Below the pieces are notes generated by a model that worked only from the letters and a program-made list of their open reading frames with translations, was not told the DNA's origin and ran no database searches. The position numbers were made by a program, and so were the translations under genes. From Christensenella sp. (GTDB taxonomy: Bacteria; Bacillota; Clostridia; Christensenellales; CAG-917), in NCBI GenBank assembly GCA_022009775.1, contig CP091723.1:223382-287381 (forward strand): DNA of 64,000 nt, given 5' to 3'. This document shows positions 14,346 to 22,841 of this stretch, piece after piece (the first letter of the stretch is position 1; every line of letters starts with the position of its first letter).

Positions 14346-15572
14346 TCAGTTCTCCTTGTTGAGTTCGATTTCTTTTACGGTGGCTCTCACCGTTCCGTCT
14401 CCGCCCGTAGCGGTTATTTCGTCTCCGACTTTCAGCGTTGACACTTTGCTTATCGTTTCGTTTCCCGACTGCAAGCGGAAGTATCCGCGTTTCAGAATTT
14501 TGAGCGGACTCAGATTGTCCAACGCGCCCGTGGCTTTCTCCGCTCTTGCCGCCGCCAAATCGAATTTGCGTTGAACGAGATTTTTGCTTTTTTCAAGGCA
14601 CTGCTCGACTTTGCGCGTACGCTGCATATAAAACTCCGACGCAAGCCTTTGAAGTTTCGACATATCGAGTTGCGCTTTTGCGGTCTTCCTTTCGTAACTT
14701 CTCTTCGCCCCTGTCAAAAGACGTTGCATATCCTTTTTGAGTTCGTCCGCCATTGCGTAATAGTCATACGTCACCAGTTCGCCTGCCGCCGTCGGCGTTG
14801 CCGCTCTTGCGTCCGCAACGAAATCGCAGAGAGAAAAGTCCGTCTCGTGTCCGACAGCCGAAACGACGGGAGTCTTCATCTTGTACACCGTGCGAACGAG
14901 TTGTTCGTCATAAAACGGCGCAAGGTCTTCGAGCGAACCGCCGCCGCGCGCAATGATTATAACGTCGTATCCGAGATTGTCCACTCTTTCAAGCACCTTG
15001 GCAATCTCCTTGCCTGCGCCTTCGCCCTGCACTCTCACGTCTTTGACCACTATGTCGATAACAGGATTTTTTCTGCGCACGGTGGTGACGATATCTCGTA
15101 TCACCGCGCCCGTTTTTGACGTCACGACGAGAACGCGCTTTGCAAACTTCGGTATCGGTTTCTTGTGCGCCGCGTCGAAAAGACCTTCTTCGAGCAACTT
15201 TGCTTTGAGTCTTTCAAACTCGAGAAACAGCAATCCTTTTCCGACCGGCTGAATGGAACTCACCTGCAAGGACAATCGCCCGCCCTTGACGTAATAATCG
15301 ACAGAGCCTTTGCAAATGACGCTTTCGCCGTCTTTCGGATTGTACGTCTTTGCGGCATAGAAGCAAACGCAGGAGAGTTGCGACTCTTTGTCCTTGAGCG
15401 TGAAATATGCGTGCGGGCCGCTGAATTTGAAACCCGAAATTTCTCCGAAAACTTCCAAACCTTTGAAAATAGGAGAGTCAACGCACGCTTTTATCGTGGC
15501 GTTTACTTCGCTTACGGATATGGTATTTGCAGAAAATGGGGTTTTATCTGACACAATCGACACTTTATTCAC
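14346..15572 (-). CDS. xseA: Exodeoxyribonuclease VII large subunit
   Basis: 408 aa. OB-fold N-terminus (VSEVNATIK..GEISGFK) and GGGSLEDL motif. Synteny with xseB. Confidence 0.9.
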   Translation of the reverse strand: MNKVSIVSDKTPFSANTISVSEVNATIKACVDSPIFKGLEVFGEISGFKFSGPHAYFTLKDKESQLSCVCFYAAKTYNPKDGESVICKGSVDYYVKGGRLSLQVSSIQPVGKGLLFLEFERLKAKLLEEGLFDAAHKKPIPKFAKRVLVVTSKTGAVIRDIVTTVRRKNPVIDIVVKDVRVQGEGAGKEIAKVLERVDNLGYDVIIIARGGGSLEDLAPFYDEQLVRTVYKMKTPVVSAVGHETDFSLCDFVADARAATPTAAGELVTYDYYAMADELKKDMQRLLTGAKRSYERKTAKAQLDMSKLQRLASEFYMQRTRKVEQCLEKSKNLVQRKFDLAAARAEKATGALDNLSPLKILKRGYFRLQSGNETISKVSTLKVGDEITATGGDGTVRATVKEIELNKEN

Positions 15573-15684
15573 CTTTTTTGCAGTAAATCACCGAATTTTC
15601 GGCGTTTTTGAGTTAAAAAATCCCGAAAATCGCGTCGTTTTGAGACCAAACGGGTCAAAATCCGCAAATTTCGGGAACTTCTTC

Positions 15685-16080
15685 TTATTTTATATCTTTG
15701 ACAATCTTTGCGAGCACACCGTTGACAAACGAGCCTGATTTGTCCGTGCCGTATTTCTTGCTCAAATCAACCGCTTCGTTGATTATCACGGCGTTGGGCG
15801 CAGTGTGTTCGAGAAGTTCGTACGTCGCAAGAAGAAGAACCGCATAGTCCGGACGATACACTCTTTCGATTCTGTATCCTTCGAGATGCTCTTCGATCAT
15901 CTTTTTTAGTTCGTCTTCTCTCGTGACGATGCCGAAGTAACAACCGTTAATGAAATTCCTATCGTCTTCCGTAAGGTCGCTGCCTTGCAACATCAATTCC
16001 AACGTCTGGTCGTTGGCTGTGCCGTAAAAGGTGTATTCAAACACCAACTTGAACAAATTTTCTCTTGCTACTCTTCTCAT
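15685..16080 (-). CDS. nusB: Transcription antitermination factor NusB
   Basis: MRRVARENLFKLVFEY.., 132 aa. The longer ORF (to 16452) overlaps asp23 in another frame. Confidence 0.85.
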   Translation of the reverse strand: MRRVARENLFKLVFEYTFYGTANDQTLELMLQGSDLTEDDRNFINGCYFGIVTREDELKKMIEEHLEGYRIERVYRPDYAVLLLATYELLEHTAPNAVIINEAVDLSKKYGTDKSGSFVNGVLAKIVKDIK

Positions 16081-16082
16081 AA

Positions 16083-16394
16083 TTATTGCTGAATGTTGAC
16101 GTTCATAACCTGAACGTTTACAGATTGTACTTTGAACTTGGTTGCGCTTTCGATGCTGTTTTTCACTTTCTCCTGAAGCGCGGCGACGGTTGCCGGCACA
16201 GTGTAGCCCTGCTCGATGTTGACGCTCAGATCCACTGCGACTTTCTCGTTTGGCAAAACGTATGCCGACACTGCCCCGCGATTGCGCTTGGACGTAAGAA
16301 TGCAAATGCCTTCCGCATCGCTTGCCGCTTCGGTTGCCAAAGATACGAGCACTTCTGCAAGTACGCTTGAATTTTTCATGGAATCCTTTGCCAT
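16083..16394 (-). CDS. Asp23/Gls24-family envelope stress protein
   Basis: 103 aa. Sequence pattern ..VAVDLSVNIEQGYTVPATVAALQEKVKNSIE.. is typical of Asp23. Conserved position upstream of nusB. Confidence 0.75.
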   Translation of the reverse strand: MAKDSMKNSSVLAEVLVSLATEAASDAEGICILTSKRNRGAVSAYVLPNEKVAVDLSVNIEQGYTVPATVAALQEKVKNSIESATKFKVQSVNVQVMNVNIQQ

Positions 16395-16534
16395 AGCCGT
16401 CTCCTTTTTCAGTATTATAGCACAGCGAAAAAATTATATCAATCGTTCGCAAAAATTATTTTATCCCCTACGACGCGAAACCGCCGCGATTGCGACGGTT
16501 GCATCCTTTATTCTCTCCCTATGCTTTTTAAAAA

Positions 16535-17031
16535 TCAGTTGTAAGGAATGACGTTGACTTCGGTTGCCTTGAACGTCGTCTCGCTCACCACGACGGAAAG
16601 AATCTGGTTTGCCTGTTCTACGGTCAACTCTTCACTGCCGACCACGATACTCACGCCTTTGTCTCCTATCGTCACGATGACGTCGTCAAAGCCTTTACCT
16701 TTAATGAGCGTTTCGAGTGCGAGTTCCTTTTCCATTCTTTCAACGAGCGCGAGTTTTTGTTCCTGCGCGGTCTTCTTTGCACTTTCGGTGCTGGAATCGG
16801 AATTCATAATTGCGTCGAGATACAAAAACTCTGATTCGCGAGTGGCATCTCTGTCGCTTCTTGCCGCCGCAAAAACGTTTGCGTGACGTCGTCAGTGTTG
16901 CCGTTTCCGGAAATCTGACTCGTCGAGTTGAGTTTGTCGTTGAGAACGAAATTCAACACGCCCGTCGCAATAAGCAACGCTACCATAACCGACAATACGA
17001 TTATCTTTTTTGTCTTTGATTTTATTTTCAT
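16535..17031 (-). CDS. spoIIIAH: Stage III sporulation protein AH (frameshift in an A5 run near 16825)
   Basis: N-terminal TM, then ..ALETLIKGKGFDDVIVTIGDKGVSIVV.. Last gene of the spoIIIA operon. Confidence 0.75.
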
Positions 17032-17048
17032 ATACTCCTCCTATAAGT

Positions 17049-17456
17049 TCAATTTGATTTTCTCGACAACACGCTCACTACGTCTTCGTCAACGCCCAGC
17101 GCACTCGAGCCTGCCTTTAGCAGTCTTATTCTCACAAGCGGGTTTTTCGCTCCGTCCGCTATAATAAGCACTCCGACGATTTTGCCGTCCGCACAGGTTA
17201 TCATCGTTTCCACTTCACCCGCGCCGTCCACGCTCGAAAGAATTGCCGAGAGCCTTTTTTCGTCGTCCGTCATCGTTGAGACGTTCTTTTCGCTCGCCTT
17301 TGACGAAGCCACGGTAGAGTATATGATGAGAGCAATCGCGATTATGAATGTCGCAGCGATAATCTTTACGTTTTTCACGCCTTTGACGCGCTTTATAAAA
17401 TCGCTCTCCTTTATTTTCTCGGCAATTCCCTTTTTCCTTTCGTCAAGAACTTCCAT
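17049..17456 (-). CDS. spoIIIAG: Stage III sporulation protein AG
   Basis: Single TM plus SSVDGAGEVETMIT..GVLIIADGA motif. Operon position. Confidence 0.7.
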   Translation of the reverse strand: MEVLDERKKGIAEKIKESDFIKRVKGVKNVKIIAATFIIAIALIIYSTVASSKASEKNVSTMTDDEKRLSAILSSVDGAGEVETMITCADGKIVGVLIIADGAKNPLVRIRLLKAGSSALGVDEDVVSVLSRKSN

Positions 17457-17541
17457 ACCCTGCTCCAAGATAACTATACGCGAGGTTTTCCTTATAAATT
17501 CCCTATCGCATAAATTTTTATATTTCGACGGTTTTCGTCTT

Positions 17542-17624
17542 ATTTCGCGCGCGCGTGCGCGCGCATAAATTCTTTTGTACGCACACACACGCTCACGCGT
17601 AATGCGCGCGCACGCGCGCGAAAT
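17542..17624. repeat. (CG)n-rich 23-25-nt inverted repeat in the spoIIIAF-spoIIIAG spacer
   Basis: ATTT(CG)5T(GC)4AT at 17542-17566 and its complement at 17602-17624 (one CG unit shorter), separated by 35 nt. Confidence 0.9.
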
Positions 17625-17642
17625 TTAAAGCGAATTGCAAAA

Positions 17643-18086
17643 TTAGTTTTGTCCGTACAACACCTTTATTTTATATGCGGCAATGCCAAGACTTTCCGAC
17701 ACTATGCTAACGACTTTTTCACCAGACACGGACACGTCGTCGACATACACCCTAACCGAGCGCACCACCGCCGACGAATACTCTATTTCGACGCTTGCGG
17801 TTATCCCCAGCTTTTTCAATTCTTCTTCGCATTTTTCCGCTCTACAAGAAAACATATCGGAAACTTCGATTTCTTCGGCAATGTCGCTTGACGAAAACGC
17901 CGAATTGTCAAAAGAGAAATTCCACTCTTTTTTAAGAAGAGACGGAAGCGGCGAAACGATGACGAGAATCACGATAAGAGAAAACGCGCCGCGTATATAC
18001 TTGGTGGTTTTACCGTCCGGAAGAACTATATCGAGCAATATACCTAGGCAAATCACTCCCGTTATCGAAATTATCCACGCACCCAT
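17643..18086 (-). CDS. spoIIIAF: Stage III sporulation protein AF
   Basis: MGAWIISITGVICLGILLDIVLP.., two N-terminal TMs. ATGA overlap with spoIIIAE. Confidence 0.7.
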   Translation of the reverse strand: MGAWIISITGVICLGILLDIVLPDGKTTKYIRGAFSLIVILVIVSPLPSLLKKEWNFSFDNSAFSSSDIAEEIEVSDMFSCRAEKCEEELKKLGITASVEIEYSSAVVRSVRVYVDDVSVSGEKVVSIVSESLGIAAYKIKVLYGQN

Positions 18087-19345
18087 CACACCCCCATATT
18101 GCACGAACTCATCAACATCATAAGTATCAGAAAGAACATAAATCCCACACCTGCAAGCGCGCTTACGAGCAAATTCGCATTCTTTGCCACGGACGTCAGA
18201 AGCGTTGCGACGCGCGTATCCCCTATCGGCTCGGCAATCGCTCCGCAAAGTTTGAGCGAGAGCGAAAACACAACGACCTTGACGAGCGGAAACACGACGA
18301 TGCAACACAATATTATCGCGCCGACGTATCCGAGCGCATTTTTGACTATGACGACGGATGCGGTTAGCAAATCAAAGCCGTCGGACAAGTATCCGCCGAG
18401 TATCGGGACGTAACTCGACACGGCAAACTTTGCGACGTTGAAACCGAATTTGTCCACAACTCCGCCCGATATACCCTGCACCGTCAAAAAAGTGCCGAAC
18501 AATCCGAAAGATATGCCGATGAGCCACCCCGACGCCGAACGCACGAAGTTTGCGAGTTTGTCGAGTTTTACGCTCTTCGACACGTTGCCGACAACGGAAA
18601 AAACTATGCACGCCACGAATGCGGGAAGAACGACCGCCGTCGTCATTTTCATAATCGTAGAACAAAACACCGCCATAAGCGGCGAAAATCCGCCTACGCT
18701 CCCCGCTCCGCCCAAAGCGGAAAGCAGTGCAAGCAATACGGGAAAGATCGCGTTTGCAAAATTCGTGAGCAATTCAATCGTGTCGGCAACCGCGAAAACT
18801 ATCGTAAAAACGCCGCTTACAAGCACTATGACGATTGAACAATAGCACACCGTATGCACCACTTCGCTCGTGGAGTTGTTGAGAAAATCACCCGTCACGC
18901 CGCACAATATGTTTTTTAGAAGGCATATTGCAAGAATGGTTATAAGTCCCGGCAAAAACGACAAAAAATATCGCCCTGCGGTCTTGGAAAGGAAATTAAA
19001 AAAGCTCTCGTAAAAATCAACCGATTCTCCGTTTGCGAGCGATTTGAGCATTTGTTTCACGTCGTTTGCGTTCAGCGCGGTTTTCCCGTCGCCCGAAAGA
19101 TTGTCGAGAAACTTCTGCAAATCTTTCAAATCGAGAGAATCGATTGCTCCGTTCACAGCGTCGGACAATTCTTTGCGTATCTCTTCTTCCGTTTTTCCGT
19201 CGTCGGCGTATGCCACACTCGAGTCAAAAAACAGCGGCAACAAAAGAAAAACGACGAACAGTATCGCAAGATACGGCAACCGTTTTTTCAACGATTTCCG
19301 CCCGGTCGTTGTCTTTGTCAAGTCACAAAACACTTTCCTTTTCAT
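18086..19345 (-). CDS. spoIIIAE: Stage III sporulation protein AE (polytopic membrane protein)
   Basis: Signal/TM, then a soluble segment, then about 8 TMs. Start chosen at MKRKVF, abutting the spoIIIAD stop. Confidence 0.8.
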   Translation of the reverse strand: MKRKVFCDLTKTTTGRKSLKKRLPYLAILFVVFLLLPLFFDSSVAYADDGKTEEEIRKELSDAVNGAIDSLDLKDLQKFLDNLSGDGKTALNANDVKQMLKSLANGESVDFYESFFNFLSKTAGRYFLSFLPGLITILAICLLKNILCGVTGDFLNNSTSEVVHTVCYCSIVIVLVSGVFTIVFAVADTIELLTNFANAIFPVLLALLSALGGAGSVGGFSPLMAVFCSTIMKMTTAVVLPAFVACIVFSVVGNVSKSVKLDKLANFVRSASGWLIGISFGLFGTFLTVQGISGGVVDKFGFNVAKFAVSSYVPILGGYLSDGFDLLTASVVIVKNALGYVGAIILCCIVVFPLVKVVVFSLSLKLCGAIAEPIGDTRVATLLTSVAKNANLLVSALAGVGFMFFLILMMLMSSCNMGV

Positions 19346-19731
19346 ATTGCGGAAACAAGAGCCGACACCACGTCGATAAGCGACGTAACGATTGATATAC
19401 TCATAAGAAAAATCACTATTTTGCCGCCAAACTGCAACTTTTGCGCAATAGACGGACACCCGGCGTCGCTTGCCAGCGACGAAGAATACTCGGTGAGATA
19501 GCCTATGCCTATGATTTTAAGCACCGCTGAGAAAACGGCGTCGTCTATTCCGCTCTTTTCGACTATACCGTCAAATGCGATGACGACGTCGCGAAGCGCG
19601 GACAACATGGTGATGACCATAACGACTCCCGTCGCTATGGTTGCAAACACCGCAAATTCAGGCTTTGCGGATTTAAGAAGCGTGATGACAATCACGCCTA
19701 TCACTGCTATCCCTATGAGTTTGAATATCAT
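19342..19731 (-). CDS. spoIIIAD: Stage III sporulation protein AD
   Basis: 129 aa, 4 TM. ..KIIGIGYLTEYSSSLASDAG.. is typical of SpoIIIAD. Confidence 0.85.
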   Translation of the reverse strand: MIFKLIGIAVIGVIVITLLKSAKPEFAVFATIATGVVMVITMLSALRDVVIAFDGIVEKSGIDDAVFSAVLKIIGIGYLTEYSSSLASDAGCPSIAQKLQFGGKIVIFLMSISIVTSLIDVVSALVSAI

Positions 19732-19733
19732 GA

Positions 19734-19931
19734 CTAGTACAGCGACAAAATCGAGCGCAACGTGTCAAACAAGCCGCCAAGCATATCTATCACGAGCACC
19801 GCAACGATGATAAGCCCCGCAAGCGTGGCAAACGTGGCAATTTCGTCTCGGTCGGTCTTTTTGAGTATCACGCACACGATTGCCGTCAACAACCCCACTC
19901 CTGCAATTTTCAAAATTATATTTACGTCCAT
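19734..19931 (-). CDS. spoIIIAC: Stage III sporulation protein AC
   Basis: 65 aa, 2 TM. Operon position. Confidence 0.8.
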   Translation of the reverse strand: MDVNIILKIAGVGLLTAIVCVILKKTDRDEIATFATLAGLIIVAVLVIDMLGGLFDTLRSILSLY

Positions 19932-19939
19932 ATCTCACC

Positions 19940-20445
19940 TTATGCCAGTATCAAAAGCACCGCAAGTCCAAGCAATACGCACAACTTGAAGTACGTTCCG
20001 CCAAGTCTTTTGTTCTCGTCTTCGCATTTCGTTTTTGCTTGCTCGAACCGCTTCGCATAATACGCCGCATGAGCAAGTTGCTCGTCAAGCATGGTCTTTC
20101 CCATTCCGTCGAAGAAATCGAACAACTCTTTTTTTCTTCGGTTTTGAGAAGCGGAATTGCGTTTTTCTCAAATACGGCAATTCTCGTCTCTCCATTTTTC
20201 GCGCTTGTCTGCCACGCACGAAGCGCAGTCTCGAACTCTCCTTTTCTTCCCTGCAAAAACTTTTGTATTATCTCGGGCACGGGCGTTTTTCGCATGGAAA
20301 GCTCGGTCGTAAGCACGCCTACGAAATCGCTTGCAGATTTGAAAAACTCGACTCTTTTTGCATACCTTCTTTTTATCAACACGCCTATATACGACAAACA
20401 AAGTGCAATAAGTCCGCCTGCAATGAGCCGCAATACGTCGCTCAT
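19940..20445 (-). CDS. spoIIIAB: Stage III sporulation protein AB (frameshift in a homopolymer near 20115-20125)
   Basis: N-terminal TM, ..LSMRKTPVPEIIQKF.., C-terminal TM. The two ORF fragments join cleanly. Confidence 0.75.
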
Positions 20446-21287
20446 AGTCGCACCTTTTCAACGATTTTGCCAATAGGACTTTTTGACAGCGACACCGCAA
20501 AATCGAACGCTTCCGCAAGCGGAGAAAAGCGGGAATCTGACAAAACTTTTTCAACGCTTTCACCGTGCACGGACGCAAACACCCTGACGCCGCAGCGCAC
20601 CACGTCGCATATCGCCGCAACTTCGTTTGGAGAAAACAACTCGTCGGTTACTATAACGTCCGGATTCATCGCCCTTATGCAGTTTTCATACGCAACGACT
20701 TTCGGCACTCCGCTCACAATTTCGCAATCCCCGACGTCAAGATTTGCCGCGCCGTGAGATACGGCGCAAAGTTCGTATCTCTCGTCGATAATCACGACGT
20801 TTTTGTCTTTTGACGCAAGCCTTGCAAGCTCTCTGAGCATCGTGGTCTTGCCCGCTCCCGTAGGTGAAATCACAAGCGTTGACAATACGCCTTCGCTCAT
20901 CACTTCACCGACGATTTCGTCTGCAACGTGCTTTATTTGATGCGGTATACGCACGACAAGATAAGACACGTTTTTCATTGCAAGCAATTTTCCGCCGTCG
21001 GATACGCCTTCACCGCCGATGCCTATACGATACGAGCCGAACGGAATATATCCCTTTTTCATCTCGTCTGATGCGGAATAAACCGACATATTCGTTGCTC
21101 GCATAAGCACGTCGTCGATGTCCTTTTGCGACACGACATACGGCGAGCCGTACGCTTTTGCGACCTTTCTCTCCCCTTTAACAGTGCAATATGTCAAAGG
21201 CCGAGAAATACGCATACGAATTTCGGTGAGATTGTTCTCGTCTCCGACCGCACGCGCAATATTCGCCCCAACCAAATTTTCAAGCAT
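20442..21287 (-). CDS. spoIIIAA: Stage III sporulation protein AA (secretion-type ATPase)
   Basis: Walker A SPTGAGKTT. First gene of the spoIIIA operon. Confidence 0.85.
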   Translation of the reverse strand: MLENLVGANIARAVGDENNLTEIRMRISRPLTYCTVKGERKVAKAYGSPYVVSQKDIDDVLMRATNMSVYSASDEMKKGYIPFGSYRIGIGGEGVSDGGKLLAMKNVSYLVVRIPHQIKHVADEIVGEVMSEGVLSTLVISPTGAGKTTMLRELARLASKDKNVVIIDERYELCAVSHGAANLDVGDCEIVSGVPKVVAYENCIRAMNPDVIVTDELFSPNEVAAICDVVRCGVRVFASVHGESVEKVLSDSRFSPLAEAFDFAVSLSKSPIGKIVEKVRL

Positions 21288-21348
21288 ACAAAAATATATG
21301 ACTTAAAAAGACTTACTTGCACCACCGCAAAATAAGACATTTTTCGCA

Positions 21349-21372
21349 TAAAAAAAGAGCGTCTCCGCTCTT
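21349..21372 (-). terminator. Intrinsic terminator between L-element copy 5 and spoIIIAA
   Basis: Minus strand: AAGAGCG-gaga-CGCUCUU followed by U7. Confidence 0.7.
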
Positions 21373-21411
21373 GATTTCGATTTTATATAAAAATAATTTT
21401 CCGTCGTGTAT

Positions 21412-21700
21412 TTTAATGCAACATTACCCCTTCCCTTCGGGCTTTCCCCTACTTCTCGAAGATAGTGCTTTCTCTTTTTAGCTATACATCGCTCGAAGAT
21501 GGGAAGTCGGCACTCGCATAGACAAGTATCGTCCTCTTGTTATGCCACCACGCTTTGTGCGCCAGGCAGTAGCTAACAACACGGCGCAGTCGCTCGTACA
21601 ACCGTCAAGCTCGGCGCTTATTTGCTCGCCGCCGTTGCGGCTCGTGTTCCGTCTTCAAAGTCGCACAGTCCGTTAATAAGTACGCTCCGAATAAGTTTTC
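21412..21700 (-). repeat. L-element copy 5 (subtype 2; core 21412-21599)
   Basis: Conserved blocks TTTAATGCAAC.., ..GGCACTCGCATAG.., TTATGCCACCACGCTTTGTGCGCC..GGCGCAGTCGCTCGTAC. The variable hairpin is replaced. Confidence 0.85.
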
Positions 21701-21708
21701 ATTTCAGG

Positions 21709-21826
21709 TGTGGGTGTCCCGCCCAATTAAAACACCAAGCCGACAATCTTGCGAAATTGCGGTAGGGGTTTTTATCCGTGACTGAACTAATAGCAAAGAT
21801 TTTCGGCGCGGTTAGCAGAACAAAAG
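21709..21826 (-). repeat. Module-2 repeat, copy b
   Basis: Aligns with 10190-10312. Confidence 0.8.
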
Positions 21827-21893
21827 CCTAATGCAGCTCTCGGTGTTGCTTGCAAGCAAGCGATGCCGTTGCCGCCATGACGGCTTTTGTTCG

Positions 21894-21940
21894 GATGAAG
21901 AGCGAGAAAAAGCTCTTGCAGGGCAACCACTAAATTTTTT
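21894..21940 (-). repeat. Truncated T-module (only one stem arm plus the U-tail flank)
   Basis: GATGAAGAGCGAGAAAAAGCTCTTGCAGGGCAACC then diverges. Compare 22053-22090. Confidence 0.6.
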
Positions 21941-21956
21941 TATATAAGTCAAGAGT

Positions 21957-21999
21957 CTGAAACAGATGAAGAACAAGGAAAAGTTATTCGCTGTTTCAG
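21957..21999 (-). repeat. 'Empty' T-module: both conserved flanks with no central stem-loop, closed by a 9-bp outer stem
   Basis: CTGAAACAG-ATGAAGAACAAGGAAA|AGTTATTCG-CTGTTTCAG. Confidence 0.7.
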
Positions 22000-22034
22000 A
22001 GTATTTGAGCTCGAAGTTTAGATAAAGAACTGTT

Positions 22035-22159
22035 ATCTCGCGTATAAAACGGATGAAGAGCGCGAAAAAAGCCCTTGCAGGGCAACCCTAACGTACTAAT
22101 CGTACGTGAGTTGTAATGCAAGGGCTTTGACAAAGCTATTCGCCGTTTTATACGCGAGA
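22035..22159 (-). terminator. T-module / efp intrinsic terminator with a 17-bp outer stem that includes the efp stop codon
   Basis: Inner stem AAAGCCCUUGCA..UGCAAGGGCUUU followed by U-run. Outer arms 22036-22052 and 22143-22159 are perfectly complementary. Confidence 0.8.
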
Positions 22160-22711
22160 CATGTATTCGCCGGTGCGAGTATCAATACGTATAGTATCAC
22201 CCTCGTTGACAAACATAGGAACTTGAAGTTCATAGCCTGTTTCGACGGTTGCGGGTTTGGTTGCATTGGTGGCGGTGTTGCCTGCAACTGCGGGTTCGCA
22301 AACGGTGATGAGAAGTTCGACAAAGTTTGGCGGTTCAACGGAGAACGGTGCGCCTTGGAAGAACTTCATGGTGACGTTCATGTTCTCTTTGACAAAGTTG
22401 AGTGCGTCTTCCACTTGGCTGTGGTTGAGCGGAATTTGTTCGTAAGTGTCTGCGTCCATGAAATAATAGAATTCTCCGTCGTTGTAGAGATATTCCATCG
22501 TCTTGGTCTCGATGTGAGCAAGTTCAAATTTTTCGGTGGGGTTGAACGTTTGTTCAAGCACTGCGCCGGTGACGACGTTTTTCATCTTCATACGGACGAA
22601 AGCTGCGCCCTTGCCCGGTTTGACGTGCAAGAAATCGACGACGGTCATAATCTTGTTGTCATAAAGGAAAGTTACGCCCTTTCTCAAATCGCCTGCCATA
22701 ATTTGTGCCAT
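22148..22711 (-). CDS. efp: Elongation factor P
   Basis: 187 aa. ..[16 protein letters not shown].. is the canonical EF-P loop. Confidence 0.95.
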   Translation of the reverse strand: MAQIMAGDLRKGVTFLYDNKIMTVVDFLHVKPGKGAAFVRMKMKNVVTGAVLEQTFNPTEKFELAHIETKTMEYLYNDGEFYYFMDADTYEQIPLNHSQVEDALNFVKENMNVTMKFFQGAPFSVEPPNFVELLITVCEPAVAGNTATNATKPATVETGYELQVPMFVNEGDTIRIDTRTGEYMSRV

Positions 22712-22841
22712 AGTTGTATTCTCCTAAATATGTTTTCTTGATTTAAGATGCTTTTTAATCATTTTAGCACCTTATATCGCATATTGCAAGTTTTCGCTTT
22801 TATTTTGCCTTGCAATATGCGGATTTGTCATTGGTTTTCGC

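Noticed and set aside
15685-16452. 255-aa ORF suggesting an N-terminally extended NusB
   Set aside because: The first 124 codons overlap the Asp23-family gene in another frame and are Arg/Ser/Gly-rich nonsense. A proper start (MRRVAREN) at 16080 gives a canonical 132-aa NusB.
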